This document shows positions 37,264-47,570 of a stretch of DNA of 64,000 bases, piece by piece (the stretch's first letter is position 1; every line of letters starts with the position of its first letter). Made by a program: the position numbers and the translations under genes. The notes below the pieces were generated by a model. That model saw only the letters and a list, made by a program, of their open reading frames with translations, was not told the origin of the DNA and did no database searches. Origin of the DNA: a virus; the IMG/VR virus record IMGVR_UViG_3300037840_000148, positions 1-64,000 of that record; one strand, written 5' to 3'.

Positions 37264-39690
37264 ATGATACAACTTACTCCTGAATTACAGGCCGCCGTAG
37301 CTCCTATCCAACAACTTGCTGCGCAGAATCAACCAACTCCTCCGTCAGCGCCAGCCCCGGCCGGTCAAGATGCGTTAAGTACCGGGATACCTACAGCCAC
37401 GACAGGTTTAGCCGGGCCTTTGCAGAACGCTTTAAGTAACCCAGCGAACGGCGTTCCGCTGTCTTTTAACGACAAACTACACGCTAATGTCAACGATGCG
37501 GCCGATAATACGCCGCCTGCAGCACAAGGAAAGCCTGGTAGTTGGGCGCGTCAGCTTGTTTCTGGCGCGGTATCAAGTCTTTCAACTGGATTAGGCGACG
37601 TAGCTGCCGCAGCACCGGCCAAAGGTATATTGGGCGGAATCGGTGCAGTCCAGAACGCTCGTGCGGACAGAATTCAGAAAGAACGAAAGGCCCAGACGGA
37701 AGAAGATCAAGCGCGGGCTACGATTGCTTTAACTAATGTCCAGAAGATGTATCACCAGACGCAACTTCACCAACTAAGTGATGAAATTAATCATGCCGAC
37801 GTCGCGGAAGGACAAAAAGAATTCCAACATCTTACAAAAGATGTCAGTGATTTAGGTTTTCCGCCCGCCACGATAGTTGCGCAAGATATCAGTGAAGCTC
37901 AGTATCAAGCCGGACTGAAAGACGGAACCATCAACCCTAGTACGATGACGATCATTCCGACTAATACATATACTCCGATTGGAAAGGATGGGAAACCGGC
38001 AGTAGATCCTGATACCGGTTTACCTAATCATGCCAAGATGTATTCTGTCGTTATTGTCCCGAAACAACTCCCGTTATCCGAAGATCAAATTGATACCATA
38101 AATAAATACGGCAATGGCCCGAAATTTACTTACGACAAGGATCATCCTATCGTACTACCTGGTGCAACAGCTTTGAATCTCGTCCAGTCAGCCAGAGACG
38201 CACAAACCGTCCAAGCTAAGGCTGAATCTGACCGTAAAGCCGCCCAAATTGCCGACTTAACTCAAGATCAAAAATTAGCACAAGCACAAGCATTGAAGAA
38301 TCTCGGCCCGCAGTTCCCTGGAATTTCAGCACAATCAGAAAGTCTCGATAAAACCATGAAGTTCATTACCGGTCAGCATATGATCCAGCAACCGGAGATG
38401 GGCGCTGACGGCAAGCCGACAGGAAAAGTCAACACGGTAGTCGACCCCCGTAGCGCGGCGTTCGCTCAAGCACACCCGACGGCTGCGGAAGATTTCATGA
38501 ATCTTAACGGCGGTTATGTCGATTATGTCAAGTCTCGTGACACTGAGACAGAAAAGCTAAAAGATCAAGCAAACGCTCCGCTGGATAAGATAGAAAAAGA
38601 TCTCCCGGAAATGGAGCCAACCAAGCTGCCGTCTACGATTTCGTTTCTTCAACAAAAATTGAAAGATCCTAATGCGGATAAGCCGCAGGTAACGAATTTA
38701 CTAGTCCAAGCGCAACAAGCGTTGGTAGGGTCACAACGCGCCAAGCTTAAGGAAGAGGAAGACAAAAATAGTCTAGATAATCCTCCGACTTCTAATGCGC
38801 CGTTGACGCCGGAACTTCAATCTCAAATTAATAGTCTCCCGGCCCCGCAAAAAGCCGTCTTATCTGCATATGATCCGAACACCCAGAGCGCTTTGATGTC
38901 AATCGCGTTCGGTAACGGCGAACAGGACTTAGAAAAGAACTTCCCGAGTCGTTTGACTAAAGGTGCTCCAGGTCTTAATACCCAACAAGCGTTAGGGGTT
39001 CTTCACCAATTGAATCCCCAGTGGAGTGAACAAAGTTACGGCGTGAAGCATGACGCTTATAAGAGCGCTACGAGCGGGAAGCTTGCCGACCAACGAGACA
39101 GCCTGAATAACTTCATCGGGCACGCCGCGGAAGCCAAGAGAATTTCAGATACCTTCTGGAATTCAGATCCGCGTCTTTTCAAGAGTACGATTAATAAATT
39201 ATCGACTCTTGGATATGGGACAAGCGCTAACGCCCTACGAGAAGCTTTGGAAATAGTCAACTCGGAAGCTCTGACGATGATCAAGAGCGGCTATGCCGCG
39301 ACTGCGGATGAAATCAAAGCCCAGAATGAAATAAACAGTGCCGACGCTACTGTTGGTCAGATTGATGCCGATTTGAAGGTCTTGGCACGTATGGGTACCG
39401 TCCGAGCCAACACGATGAACGGTCATTATAAAACAGCAACCGGTGATAATTTCCCGAACTTGATTGATACCGAGAATCAAAACGACGCTAGGTATCTCGG
39501 CATCCCGGTTGAGAAGTTTTATACTGGCGGAAGAATCGGTGGTTCAGGCAACGCGCCACAACAACAGGTAACGCAGACCGGTGCGCCGGGACAATCGGCC
39601 GGAGCCGCGGCAGCGACGCCTAACGCCGCACCAGTCGAAGGGACACAACCGAGCGACTTCTTCGGTCAGTTCGGCGGGAAACCGAGATAA
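37264..39690 (+). CDS. Internal virion/ejection protein
   Basis: 808 aa, helical, Ala/Gln-rich; position. Confidence 0.6.
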   Translation: MIQLTPELQAAVAPIQQLAAQNQPTPPSAPAPAGQDALSTGIPTATTGLAGPLQNALSNPANGVPLSFNDKLHANVNDAADNTPPAAQGKPGSWARQLVSGAVSSLSTGLGDVAAAAPAKGILGGIGAVQNARADRIQKERKAQTEEDQARATIALTNVQKMYHQTQLHQLSDEINHADVAEGQKEFQHLTKDVSDLGFPPATIVAQDISEAQYQAGLKDGTINPSTMTIIPTNTYTPIGKDGKPAVDPDTGLPNHAKMYSVVIVPKQLPLSEDQIDTINKYGNGPKFTYDKDHPIVLPGATALNLVQSARDAQTVQAKAESDRKAAQIADLTQDQKLAQAQALKNLGPQFPGISAQSESLDKTMKFITGQHMIQQPEMGADGKPTGKVNTVVDPRSAAFAQAHPTAAEDFMNLNGGYVDYVKSRDTETEKLKDQANAPLDKIEKDLPEMEPTKLPSTISFLQQKLKDPNADKPQVTNLLVQAQQALVGSQRAKLKEEEDKNSLDNPPTSNAPLTPELQSQINSLPAPQKAVLSAYDPNTQSALMSIAFGNGEQDLEKNFPSRLTKGAPGLNTQQALGVLHQLNPQWSEQSYGVKHDAYKSATSGKLADQRDSLNNFIGHAAEAKRISDTFWNSDPRLFKSTINKLSTLGYGTSANALREALEIVNSEALTMIKSGYAATADEIKAQNEINSADATVGQIDADLKVLARMGTVRANTMNGHYKTATGDNFPNLIDTENQNDARYLGIPVEKFYTGGRIGGSGNAPQQQVTQTGAPGQSAGAAAATPNAAPVEGTQPSDFFGQFGGKPR

Positions 39691-42600
39691 TGGCTACAGG
39701 AAACGACGTAAATCAGACAATCCCGATAGATTTGAATCCGTCCGGCGTCAATGATGTCTCGACACCGGGGATGATCTCAATCGATCAAAACCCAGTTGCG
39801 CCCGAACCTCAGTTAGCCGCTCCTCAAAATATCCCGAACCAGCAGACACCGAGAAACATCCCCAAGACGGCAGACAAGCCGCCTATTATTTCTCCGACTC
39901 AGACAGTCCCGATGTTTTCACCTAACGGCGATCTCGGTGATATCCCGACCGAACGTGTCCATGACGCCATTAAAGCTGGCGGAATAATTGGTACTCCGGT
40001 TGTTGCGCCTGACGGTAGTCACGGCGTTGTTCCGGCTAGCCGGTTGCATGAAGCGTTGAAAGCCGGGGGAAAAATTGATCCGGACGGTTGGGCTCCGATG
40101 CACCACACACCCGGTATACTTGAAAAAGTAACCGGTTTGCCGATCACGGCAACGGGACCGGGCACGATTGGCGCAGACGTTACTAACAGATGGAACGCAG
40201 CAACACCTAAAAACCCCGACTTAAACGCCCCGTATCAATCTACCGGACAACTTCCTGCGCCGAGCGTAATTACCCCGCCGGAAGCGCATGAAGAATTATC
40301 AAAGGGCGTTGTTGCGAATGCCATGACACCGTATGAACGTCAACAACACCCGTTCTTAGCGGCCGGATTAGATTTTGCGGGCGGGATGACATCGCCGGAA
40401 AACTTCGCAATCATGGTTGGGTCAGGCGGATTAGGTAAACTGCCCGGTCCTGCGGGTCAGATTATCGCGAAAGCCTTGTCGTCCGGCTTTGGTTTAATGT
40501 CCGTTTATGCCGCGGTGAAGGAATCGCCGCAGTTTATGGACGCTTTAGCTAAAGGCGATGAGCCGGGCGCTAAAGAAGCCTTGATGAAGATAGTTTTGAA
40601 TATCGCGGCCGGTGAAATGGCTGCCGAGCACGTAATACCAGGCTTCAAGCCGACATTAGGCGCTGTCGGCGAATCAGCAGAGGCCGGAACGCAAGCTTTA
40701 GGCGCTGCAGCGACAGAATACGGCGGTAAGGCCGTCGATGCAGTCAAGAAAGCCGGAGAAGTGGCCGGTGCAGTAGGCGGCGTAGTCAAGGGTGCTGGTC
40801 AAAAGGCCGCGGAAACAGTCACGCAACCGGTCAAGATGATGAACGAAGGGTCGGAAGAAAGGCTTATTCGGTCTATGTCCGGCAGCGCGGGTGTTAATGA
40901 ACGTGACTTAAAAGAAAACGCAACTAGAATGTTGCCTTATCTTGTTGAACAGAATAAAACAAGTAAAGTTTCGACTCCGGAAGATCTTGCCGAGGCTATG
41001 CATGACCAAAAGACAAAACTTTGGAATGATAAACTCGGCGGTAAACATCCTGGAGAAACAATCGACGGGGATAAAATCGCTCAGGATATTAAAGACGGTA
41101 TCAATACCTCGACCCGTCGTCATTTTCCGGAAGTCACGGAAGCATTAGAAAAGTGGGCGGATACTTTTAAAGGTCCGTATCAGCTTGACGAAGCGATGCA
41201 AGCCATTACTGACTTTAATAGCAAGCTGCGAAACTTCTACAAGCAATCACCGAGCGAACAATACAGAATGGCCGCGGCAGATCCCAAATTAGGGATATTA
41301 CAGGACGCTGCAGATTCTTTGCGAGATCACGCCTTTGATAAGCTTTCCGAATTAGGTGAAAAGAACATCCCGGAACTGCGAAAGGATTATGGCGCACTGA
41401 ATCAATGGCAGCGTGTCGCTGAAAAACGTGCCGTGGTTTATGGCCGTCAAGCACCGGTTGACTTCAAACAGAGTATGGGCGCTGTCGCTGCGGTAGCAAG
41501 CGGTCATCCATTAGCTGCGGCGATTCCGTTTGTTACAAAGTACCTCAACTCTCCTGAGCACTTGATTGAATCCGCCATCAAGAAGGCCAGTAAGACGACA
41601 ACTGCGACACCGCCTGAAACTCCAACCGAGCAACCAAACCCTACAAAGGCTACCGCGGGGCCGGGCCTCGGTAGCAAGATTGACCTACCGGCCTATAATC
41701 TCCCGACCGAACCTGCCCAAAATGTCCCGGCTGACAGACGCGCTGAAGGTACTTTACCTGCGGATGTCCACAAACATGAGTGGGGACACATTACAAATGC
41801 AGCAATCGAAGACTTCGGGACGGAAGGCATCAAGAGTGATTCGCATCCAGACTTAGCCGGTCAGAAAAAGACTGCCGCCGCGACAATTATTTTTCACGGT
41901 GTCGACTTTGATGACCCAGAGTCCGTTGCAAGGAATTCCGGCCGTATCCTGTCGACAATTCTAGGCGGCGCTGCTGCGGACGAACTGCACAGCCAAATAC
42001 CGTTCGAAATCAATAGAATGGCTGGCGGCGATGTTAAATTATTGAAAGACATATTCAAAAAAGTAGGCTTCTCGGATGACGAAATAGATGGCGCTATTAG
42101 ATACGGTTTAGATAGAGCAAAAAGAAACTTGACAAAACCCGGAATCGGTGATATATTACAGGCTAATGCTAAAGTCCGAGAGGCTGACTTGCACCCTGAT
42201 TATCACGCTAGCCCGGAAAGAACCGAAGCTTACGCTAATGAAGTAAGGAGAATCCGCGATGAAAACAACAGAGCAGGAAAAACAGCCGTTCAAGGGAACG
42301 ACGAAGCAAATGCTGGAGAACCTGGAAATAAATCTCCAAAAGTGGACGCCGGAACAGAAGGCGAAATTTCGGGAGAAGGTACTAAGCGAAGTCTCCCAGC
42401 CACAGCAGTCGTAACCCCTGACGAAGAAGAAAGTAAAGAACCGGTCACGGCTCGTGACGCGTTCGAAAATATCAAGAAAAAGTATGGTGAATCATCGAAT
42501 GCCGCAAAGACTGGCGAGGGTGCGTCATTCATTACACCGGAAGGTAAGTTTGTCCACCTCGGCACGGATGACCATCCGCAGGTAATCAAGAAAGCCGGTT

Positions 42601-44897
42601 ATGAAAGTGACAGTCAAGATACCCGGGTGCCGTTTATTAATGAATCCGGCGCTATCAGGTCGAATTTCACGACAGGTCGTGCTGGTAGGACGTTGTCATT
42701 CAGCGTTCCGAAAGACGGTGTCAATCCGGAACAAATTGATGCCATGAAGGCCGCCGTCCATCAAGGACTCGGCCGAAACGGTCAGTTGCGTATCGAGACC
42801 GCCGACTCGCCGACGAACCTTAAGAATTCAATCAAGGATTTTGCTACTGCTAATAATGTAGAACCAATGCTTCGGGAGATTGGTGTCCACCCAGAGCAGT
42901 CTAAAAAACTGGATTTACACGCCGAAAAAGAAGAATACAAAGAGTCGCCTGGTTGGACTGAAAAAGCCATCCGGATGGCTAAAGATCAAGGCGGGGCGTT
43001 CTCGATAGACACCAAATCGGGCGAAGCGCCAAAAACCGGCTATATGGTTGAAGCTCGGCCGGAATCTAGAATTTATCTAAATCACGAAGCTACTCCGGAA
43101 GATCTGCAAAAATTCCACGATGATAACCGAGAGTACCTAGCCGAACACCCTGATTTGCATGTCGGGGGTTGGTACGACGCCGATAAAGGTAAGAACGAAT
43201 TAAATATCTCGGCGCGAACTGAAGACAAAAATCGAGCTATCGATTTAGCTAAAAAGTTAGATCAAGTTGCCATCTACGATTTGAATAAAGGCGAGCCAAT
43301 CGAGACTGGCGGAAAAAGCGAGCAAATTGAGTTTCCTGATTATCCTTTAAATCAGCGGATGGCAAACCTGCGCGGCGAAAGTAAGCCTTACGATGAGAAG
43401 ACTAGTCAACGTATTAGTTCAAGATTCCCTACTGCCGTTAGTGCGTCTGAAGACCCGATGGGCCATAATTTAACACTAGACGTTAATAAGATCCTTGAGC
43501 GCCCGAAGGTAGCACAAGCTTTATCAGAAAAGATTCTGAAACAGAATAAAAGCATGGTCTTTACGCCGGAAGAAAAAGCCAACCCGAAAGATTTATTTGA
43601 TTCATTTATCAGGCAGGCTAAAGATAATATAAAATATGTTTACAACCAGGCCCGGGCTTCAGGGAATCATATCGCCGACCGTATCTGGTATGACGGCGCA
43701 CACAATTTCGGAACGCGGGACGCGGAAGTTTACGGTTTAGAGCCGAGACAAAACTTTGCGACTATAGCAACCCAATCTCCTCAGAAAGATTGGAACCAAA
43801 ACGTATCTTTATATGAACGCTTGACGGACGCCGTCCTCAATAAACCGGATGTTAAGTTCACACCGGAAATGAACACGAAGGCAAATCAGTTTATTCGCGA
43901 GATTGCTAAAACTAATAGCAAGCGAGCCGCGCAAGGAAAATCACAGATCGATCCTTGGGTCGACCGAAAACTGATTAATAAGCTGAAAGGCAAGTCTCTG
44001 GATGATTTGAGTAATCCTGTAGAGAAAGCTGCCTGGGTTCGTTTGTACGACGAGGCACACAACCCCCGGGAATTTCATGAAATAGCCCCGGATGGAACTA
44101 AGAAGGGCATCGTGATGCTGAAGGGCACCAACACCCCTGAAAAAGTGGCTTGGGGCGGTCTAGACAGCATCGCGAAAGGAATTTCTGTCCTGCAAGACGG
44201 TTCTTTGGAAAACATCAGCAGAAATCTCGGCGAAGCCCATAAAGTAAGAAGCTTTTATAACAACATCGCCGAGCCAAACAGCCCGCACGAAGATGTCACG
44301 GCGGATACTCACCACGTTGGCTTGAGTTTGATGCGGCCGGTTGCTGGGTCTGATGCTGAACCGGCATTAAATTTCGGCGGTAACGGTTCGACGATAACAG
44401 GGACTCATGGAACGTATCCGTTGTATGTCGAAGCAACTAGACAAGCTATGCGTGAACTGAATGCCGAACATCCTGATGATCCACCGATGCAGTATCCTCG
44501 TCAACTTCAATCTGTTGCTTGGGTTGAATGGCGAAAAATGTTTCCACCGGAATCTAGGACTGAAGCAACTAAAAATAGTGTAAACTCAATATGGAAGGAA
44601 CACCTTGATGGAAAAATCACAGCCGACGAAGCAAGACAACAAGTCTCAGAATTCGCACGTCGATTACGTTCTGGACTGGATGAGGGAGAACAACGTCCCG
44701 CTGACGAAGGAAAACTACCTGCACATCAATTACATGGGGCAGGAAGTTCCACCGGAAGCGGAACAGGATCTTCCGCCGGAACTGAAGTACCGGCAAGAGC
44801 AGTAAAAATCAACCCGAAGAAACAAGCCGCCGCTAACGGCTGGCTCGGCATGATGCAGTCAACGAAAACCGGACAGAAGAGTCTAGGAACAAAATAA
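39690..44897 (+). CDS. Large ejection/polyvalent protein with zincin (HEWGH) and further C-terminal domains
   Basis: 1735 aa; HEWGH...LGG.AA.E...GD M41-like motif; C-terminal WY..A, SPQ..W..N, KV.SF..NI, VT.D.H, LQ...W. Confidence 0.7.
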   Translation: MATGNDVNQTIPIDLNPSGVNDVSTPGMISIDQNPVAPEPQLAAPQNIPNQQTPRNIPKTADKPPIISPTQTVPMFSPNGDLGDIPTERVHDAIKAGGIIGTPVVAPDGSHGVVPASRLHEALKAGGKIDPDGWAPMHHTPGILEKVTGLPITATGPGTIGADVTNRWNAATPKNPDLNAPYQSTGQLPAPSVITPPEAHEELSKGVVANAMTPYERQQHPFLAAGLDFAGGMTSPENFAIMVGSGGLGKLPGPAGQIIAKALSSGFGLMSVYAAVKESPQFMDALAKGDEPGAKEALMKIVLNIAAGEMAAEHVIPGFKPTLGAVGESAEAGTQALGAAATEYGGKAVDAVKKAGEVAGAVGGVVKGAGQKAAETVTQPVKMMNEGSEERLIRSMSGSAGVNERDLKENATRMLPYLVEQNKTSKVSTPEDLAEAMHDQKTKLWNDKLGGKHPGETIDGDKIAQDIKDGINTSTRRHFPEVTEALEKWADTFKGPYQLDEAMQAITDFNSKLRNFYKQSPSEQYRMAAADPKLGILQDAADSLRDHAFDKLSELGEKNIPELRKDYGALNQWQRVAEKRAVVYGRQAPVDFKQSMGAVAAVASGHPLAAAIPFVTKYLNSPEHLIESAIKKASKTTTATPPETPTEQPNPTKATAGPGLGSKIDLPAYNLPTEPAQNVPADRRAEGTLPADVHKHEWGHITNAAIEDFGTEGIKSDSHPDLAGQKKTAAATIIFHGVDFDDPESVARNSGRILSTILGGAAADELHSQIPFEINRMAGGDVKLLKDIFKKVGFSDDEIDGAIRYGLDRAKRNLTKPGIGDILQANAKVREADLHPDYHASPERTEAYANEVRRIRDENNRAGKTAVQGNDEANAGEPGNKSPKVDAGTEGEISGEGTKRSLPATAVVTPDEEESKEPVTARDAFENIKKKYGESSNAAKTGEGASFITPEGKFVHLGTDDHPQVIKKAGYESDSQDTRVPFINESGAIRSNFTTGRAGRTLSFSVPKDGVNPEQIDAMKAAVHQGLGRNGQLRIETADSPTNLKNSIKDFATANNVEPMLREIGVHPEQSKKLDLHAEKEEYKESPGWTEKAIRMAKDQGGAFSIDTKSGEAPKTGYMVEARPESRIYLNHEATPEDLQKFHDDNREYLAEHPDLHVGGWYDADKGKNELNISARTEDKNRAIDLAKKLDQVAIYDLNKGEPIETGGKSEQIEFPDYPLNQRMANLRGESKPYDEKTSQRISSRFPTAVSASEDPMGHNLTLDVNKILERPKVAQALSEKILKQNKSMVFTPEEKANPKDLFDSFIRQAKDNIKYVYNQARASGNHIADRIWYDGAHNFGTRDAEVYGLEPRQNFATIATQSPQKDWNQNVSLYERLTDAVLNKPDVKFTPEMNTKANQFIREIAKTNSKRAAQGKSQIDPWVDRKLINKLKGKSLDDLSNPVEKAAWVRLYDEAHNPREFHEIAPDGTKKGIVMLKGTNTPEKVAWGGLDSIAKGISVLQDGSLENISRNLGEAHKVRSFYNNIAEPNSPHEDVTADTHHVGLSLMRPVAGSDAEPALNFGGNGSTITGTHGTYPLYVEATRQAMRELNAEHPDDPPMQYPRQLQSVAWVEWRKMFPPESRTEATKNSVNSIWKEHLDGKITADEARQQVSEFARRLRSGLDEGEQRPADEGKLPAHQLHGAGSSTGSGTGSSAGTEVPARAVKINPKKQAAANGWLGMMQSTKTGQKSLGTK

Positions 44898-44909
44898 TAG
44901 GAGGATAAT

Positions 44910-45128
44910 ATGCGACAAGAAAACGGCGGAGGCGACAAACTCGCTTCCGGAGCAGCGCGGGCGTCATTTAGAACTTCAAATTCTAAAGTTACAGCCGAGA
45001 AATGGGCGGCTATCTGGGATGACTATGAACCAGAATCAAAAATCCGTAGTAGTGATTCCAACGCTCCGTCGACCGGAGATGTTAGCTCTGACGCTACAGC
45101 ATCTGTCCCAGACGCGACAGGCTTCTAG
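44910..45128 (+). CDS. Small hypothetical protein
   Basis: Strong AGGAGG RBS; overlaps the next gene. Confidence 0.5.
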   Translation: MRQENGGGDKLASGAARASFRTSNSKVTAEKWAAIWDDYEPESKIRSSDSNAPSTGDVSSDATASVPDATGF

Positions 45129-45795
45129 TCTAGACGTCCGGATCTACGTCGATCATACGACGGAACAAAGACTTGATGAAGTAGAATACGTCCGAGATAC
45201 GTTCTTCCCGACGGCGGATATTTTTCACGCCGCGACACACGTCTTGTGCCCGGGCGGGACGTGGAACATCCTGCAATCCCTGAAATCCGGATATGAAACT
45301 GGTGTGGAATTTATTTTCTTCGTTGAGGAAGACGTCTTTGTCCGGCCGGAATTCTTCGATAGGCATCTAGAGATGCAGGCGAGCGGCGATTACTTCGTGA
45401 CATGCGGCAGAAAGCTACCGAATAGAGATGAGTTTTACTATTCCAACCCCGGGACGTGTTACCGCCGCGAGAAGTTGGCTTTAGTCATTCCACATATCAA
45501 CGATAGATACTTTGCGGATCAAGCTGGATACGTCGAGGAACATTTTCCTAATATGCAGGACGCTGGAACTAACGATGACGGTTTGATTCGGCGCGTGATG
45601 CAATCCGTTGGCGGAAAAGCTTTATGCGCCGTCCCGCCAACTGCCTACCATCAAGGGTTTCACTATTACAACCGGATGCCGCAATTCACGGTCGAGGGAA
45701 CACTACCAGAGAAGATTGAACAACTAAAGGTTTTGTTACAGAAGGTTAATCCGAAAGATCGATATTCATCCGACTTCGAGCCATTTAATGGCTGA
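45019..45795 (+). CDS. GT-A fold glycosyltransferase
   Basis: VVIPTLRRPEML...L, IYVDH, FFVEED (DxD-like), NDDG, H.G.H. Confidence 0.75.
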   Translation: MTMNQNQKSVVVIPTLRRPEMLALTLQHLSQTRQASSLDVRIYVDHTTEQRLDEVEYVRDTFFPTADIFHAATHVLCPGGTWNILQSLKSGYETGVEFIFFVEEDVFVRPEFFDRHLEMQASGDYFVTCGRKLPNRDEFYYSNPGTCYRREKLALVIPHINDRYFADQAGYVEEHFPNMQDAGTNDDGLIRRVMQSVGGKALCAVPPTAYHQGFHYYNRMPQFTVEGTLPEKIEQLKVLLQKVNPKDRYSSDFEPFNG

Positions 45796-46231
45796 ATAAT
45801 TTAGCCGTAAGCCACAGACAGACGAAGTGCATCGTGTTGTCATTCAGGATATAGACGGGCGCGGCGAAGGCGACCTTCCAGACATTCTGTTGTAATTCGT
45901 TAGGTGTAGGCCGGGCGCAAAGCGGGGCTTCCTTCCAAACTTCATGCATCGTATATCCGTTTTTCCACTTCAGGATATACGTCGCTAATGACCAGCGATC
46001 AATCAACCAATGTGGAATCGCAATTAACGCCAAAAACGGCAACGACCATATTCCAGAAAAAAGCGCGACAGCCAACGTGTACAAAAAGACGTGAATCGTG
46101 CAAGCAATATGCCCCCTCTTCCCCGGTTGACTCTTCTCGGTAGCCATCCATTGATTTTGAAGTAAATAATCTCCTACAAAATGTCCTAACATCGCATTGA
46201 TAAAGATTATGGAAGGCGTCATCGGCTCCAT
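45785..46231 (-). CDS. DUF3307-like membrane protein
   Basis: GHFVGDYLLQ..WMA..K, H...Y, H..ID, D...H motifs. Confidence 0.8.
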   Translation of the reverse strand: MEPMTPSIIFINAMLGHFVGDYLLQNQWMATEKSQPGKRGHIACTIHVFLYTLAVALFSGIWSLPFLALIAIPHWLIDRWSLATYILKWKNGYTMHEVWKEAPLCARPTPNELQQNVWKVAFAAPVYILNDNTMHFVCLWLTAKLFSH

Positions 46232-46273
46232 TCCTTAATCTTCTTATTAAATTTCTGCTTCGGCCGTGCGGCA

Positions 46274-46507
46274 TTAGTTTCCTGCCTCAACTTCTCGTAA
46301 GCTTCCCTCGATTTCGGATTCTTTCTCTCGCGATGTCCGATTGTCCCTTTCATATTTCCTCCGCTCATCTTCGATTTTAAATATCTCTCGATTTATAGCT
46401 TCTTCCTCGGCCCATGTTCCGTACTTCCTTACTTGACTGCGCTTCAAAATCAAACTGATCGCTTTCTCGTGGAAGCCGTCGACGATTTTCTGTTGTTCTT
46501 TTGTCAT
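46274..46507 (-). CDS. Hypothetical protein
   Basis: ATG coupled to upstream stop (TAATG). Confidence 0.5.
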   Translation of the reverse strand: MTKEQQKIVDGFHEKAISLILKRSQVRKYGTWAEEEAINREIFKIEDERRKYERDNRTSREKESEIEGSLREVEAGN

Positions 46508-46665
46508 TAGAACTTTATCCCATAAACAATCGCGTAATAAATTACATAAACCCAACCGCAAATCGCGTGCAGGATTGCCCAACCTACGCTATGCCACTTT
46601 AACCATGACAAAATTCCCGATACAATACATCCTAGTGTTGCAAAAGAACTCGACTCATTCGACAT
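46507..46665 (-). CDS. Small membrane protein (52 aa), not in ORF track
   Basis: AGGAG RBS; SW..WHS..WAI.H...GW.YVIYY. Confidence 0.65.
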   Translation of the reverse strand: MSNESSSFATLGCIVSGILSWLKWHSVGWAILHAICGWVYVIYYAIVYGIKF

Positions 46666-46673
46666 AACGTCTC

Positions 46674-46841
46674 CTATGTGCGCCAAAATTTATCTTTTCT
46701 ATATTCTTTCCGTTCCAGATGTAGTTCTCGCTTCAGTCTTTCAAATTGCCCTGTTTCAAGATAACAGCCGTAGTTTCCCTTCCGGCAATAACAACCGGTT
46801 AATGAGCTAACAATTAAAATAGCAGTAATAATTTTTATCAT
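46674..46841 (-). CDS. Small predicted lipoprotein
   Basis: MIKIITAILIVSSLTG-C lipobox. Confidence 0.6.
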   Translation of the reverse strand: MIKIITAILIVSSLTGCYCRKGNYGCYLETGQFERLKRELHLERKEYRKDKFWRT

Positions 46842-47131
46842 TATTGTCTCGATAGCATGATATCGCCGACAGCATAAGTAACTGACCCGCATTTCAAAAG
46901 ATTTGTTCTCTTGTCGCCTTCACCGACGCTTGGTATCGCTTCGCACTTCAAGATGACGTCATCCGGTTCATCACCGGCAATCCTCGTGACCTTGATCTTC
47001 GCCGGGATTAGCGGCTCTAGGACGGCTTGCTCGCCCTTATGGCGAATTAAATGGAACGCGATTAATCCGCTGTCGGCATTTAGCGTCGTTCCTAATATCA
47101 AGATTAAGGTCACGAGGATGGCGAATTTCAT
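46841..47131 (-). CDS. Small secreted hypothetical protein
   Basis: Signal peptide MKFAILVTLILILGTTLNA. Confidence 0.6.
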   Translation of the reverse strand: MKFAILVTLILILGTTLNADSGLIAFHLIRHKGEQAVLEPLIPAKIKVTRIAGDEPDDVILKCEAIPSVGEGDKRTNLLKCGSVTYAVGDIMLSRQ

Positions 47132-47553
47132 TATTTTTTGCCTTTTGTCTTAATAAAATGTTCAATTCTACGGATCGCAACCCGAACCCGTTGTCTTGGT
47201 GTTTTTGCTTTATCGTATGCTTCAGCATATCTCTCTGGCCAATAATCATCCGTATCAGACGAGTGCTGCGTTTTTATCAAGAACAACCTATCCGCCTGTT
47301 TTTCTGTGATATTTAAAGCTTCGATAGCATTACAGCGAACATCGCCCCAATATTTGTCATCACCACAAAGTGTTTTTTCGATGTTGTTATGCAAAATATA
47401 GGCCGCGCCAGCCAGACAACAGACGGTTCCGCACGGCGGGGTTTGTAAAACAGAACCTATTGTATCGGCCGGTTTAACACCTTCGGTCATATCGAAACGT
47501 CGTGGTTCTCGAAGCAAAAACCTTTCAATCCTGCGAAGTAATTTAGTATTCAT
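47131..47553 (-). CDS. Phage hypothetical protein
   Basis: FDM...CGT.CCLAG.A...AL.I...A..LF pattern; AAAGG RBS. Confidence 0.7.
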   Translation of the reverse strand: MNTKLLRRIERFLLREPRRFDMTEGVKPADTIGSVLQTPPCGTVCCLAGAAYILHNNIEKTLCGDDKYWGDVRCNAIEALNITEKQADRLFLIKTQHSSDTDDYWPERYAEAYDKAKTPRQRVRVAIRRIEHFIKTKGKK

Positions 47554-47570
47554 GTCTTTCCTTTCTAATT

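Noticed and set aside
16003-45366. Many antisense and alternative-frame ORFs within structural genes
   Set aside because: Shadow ORFs of Gly/Thr/Ala-rich coding sequence, with no RBS or motifs
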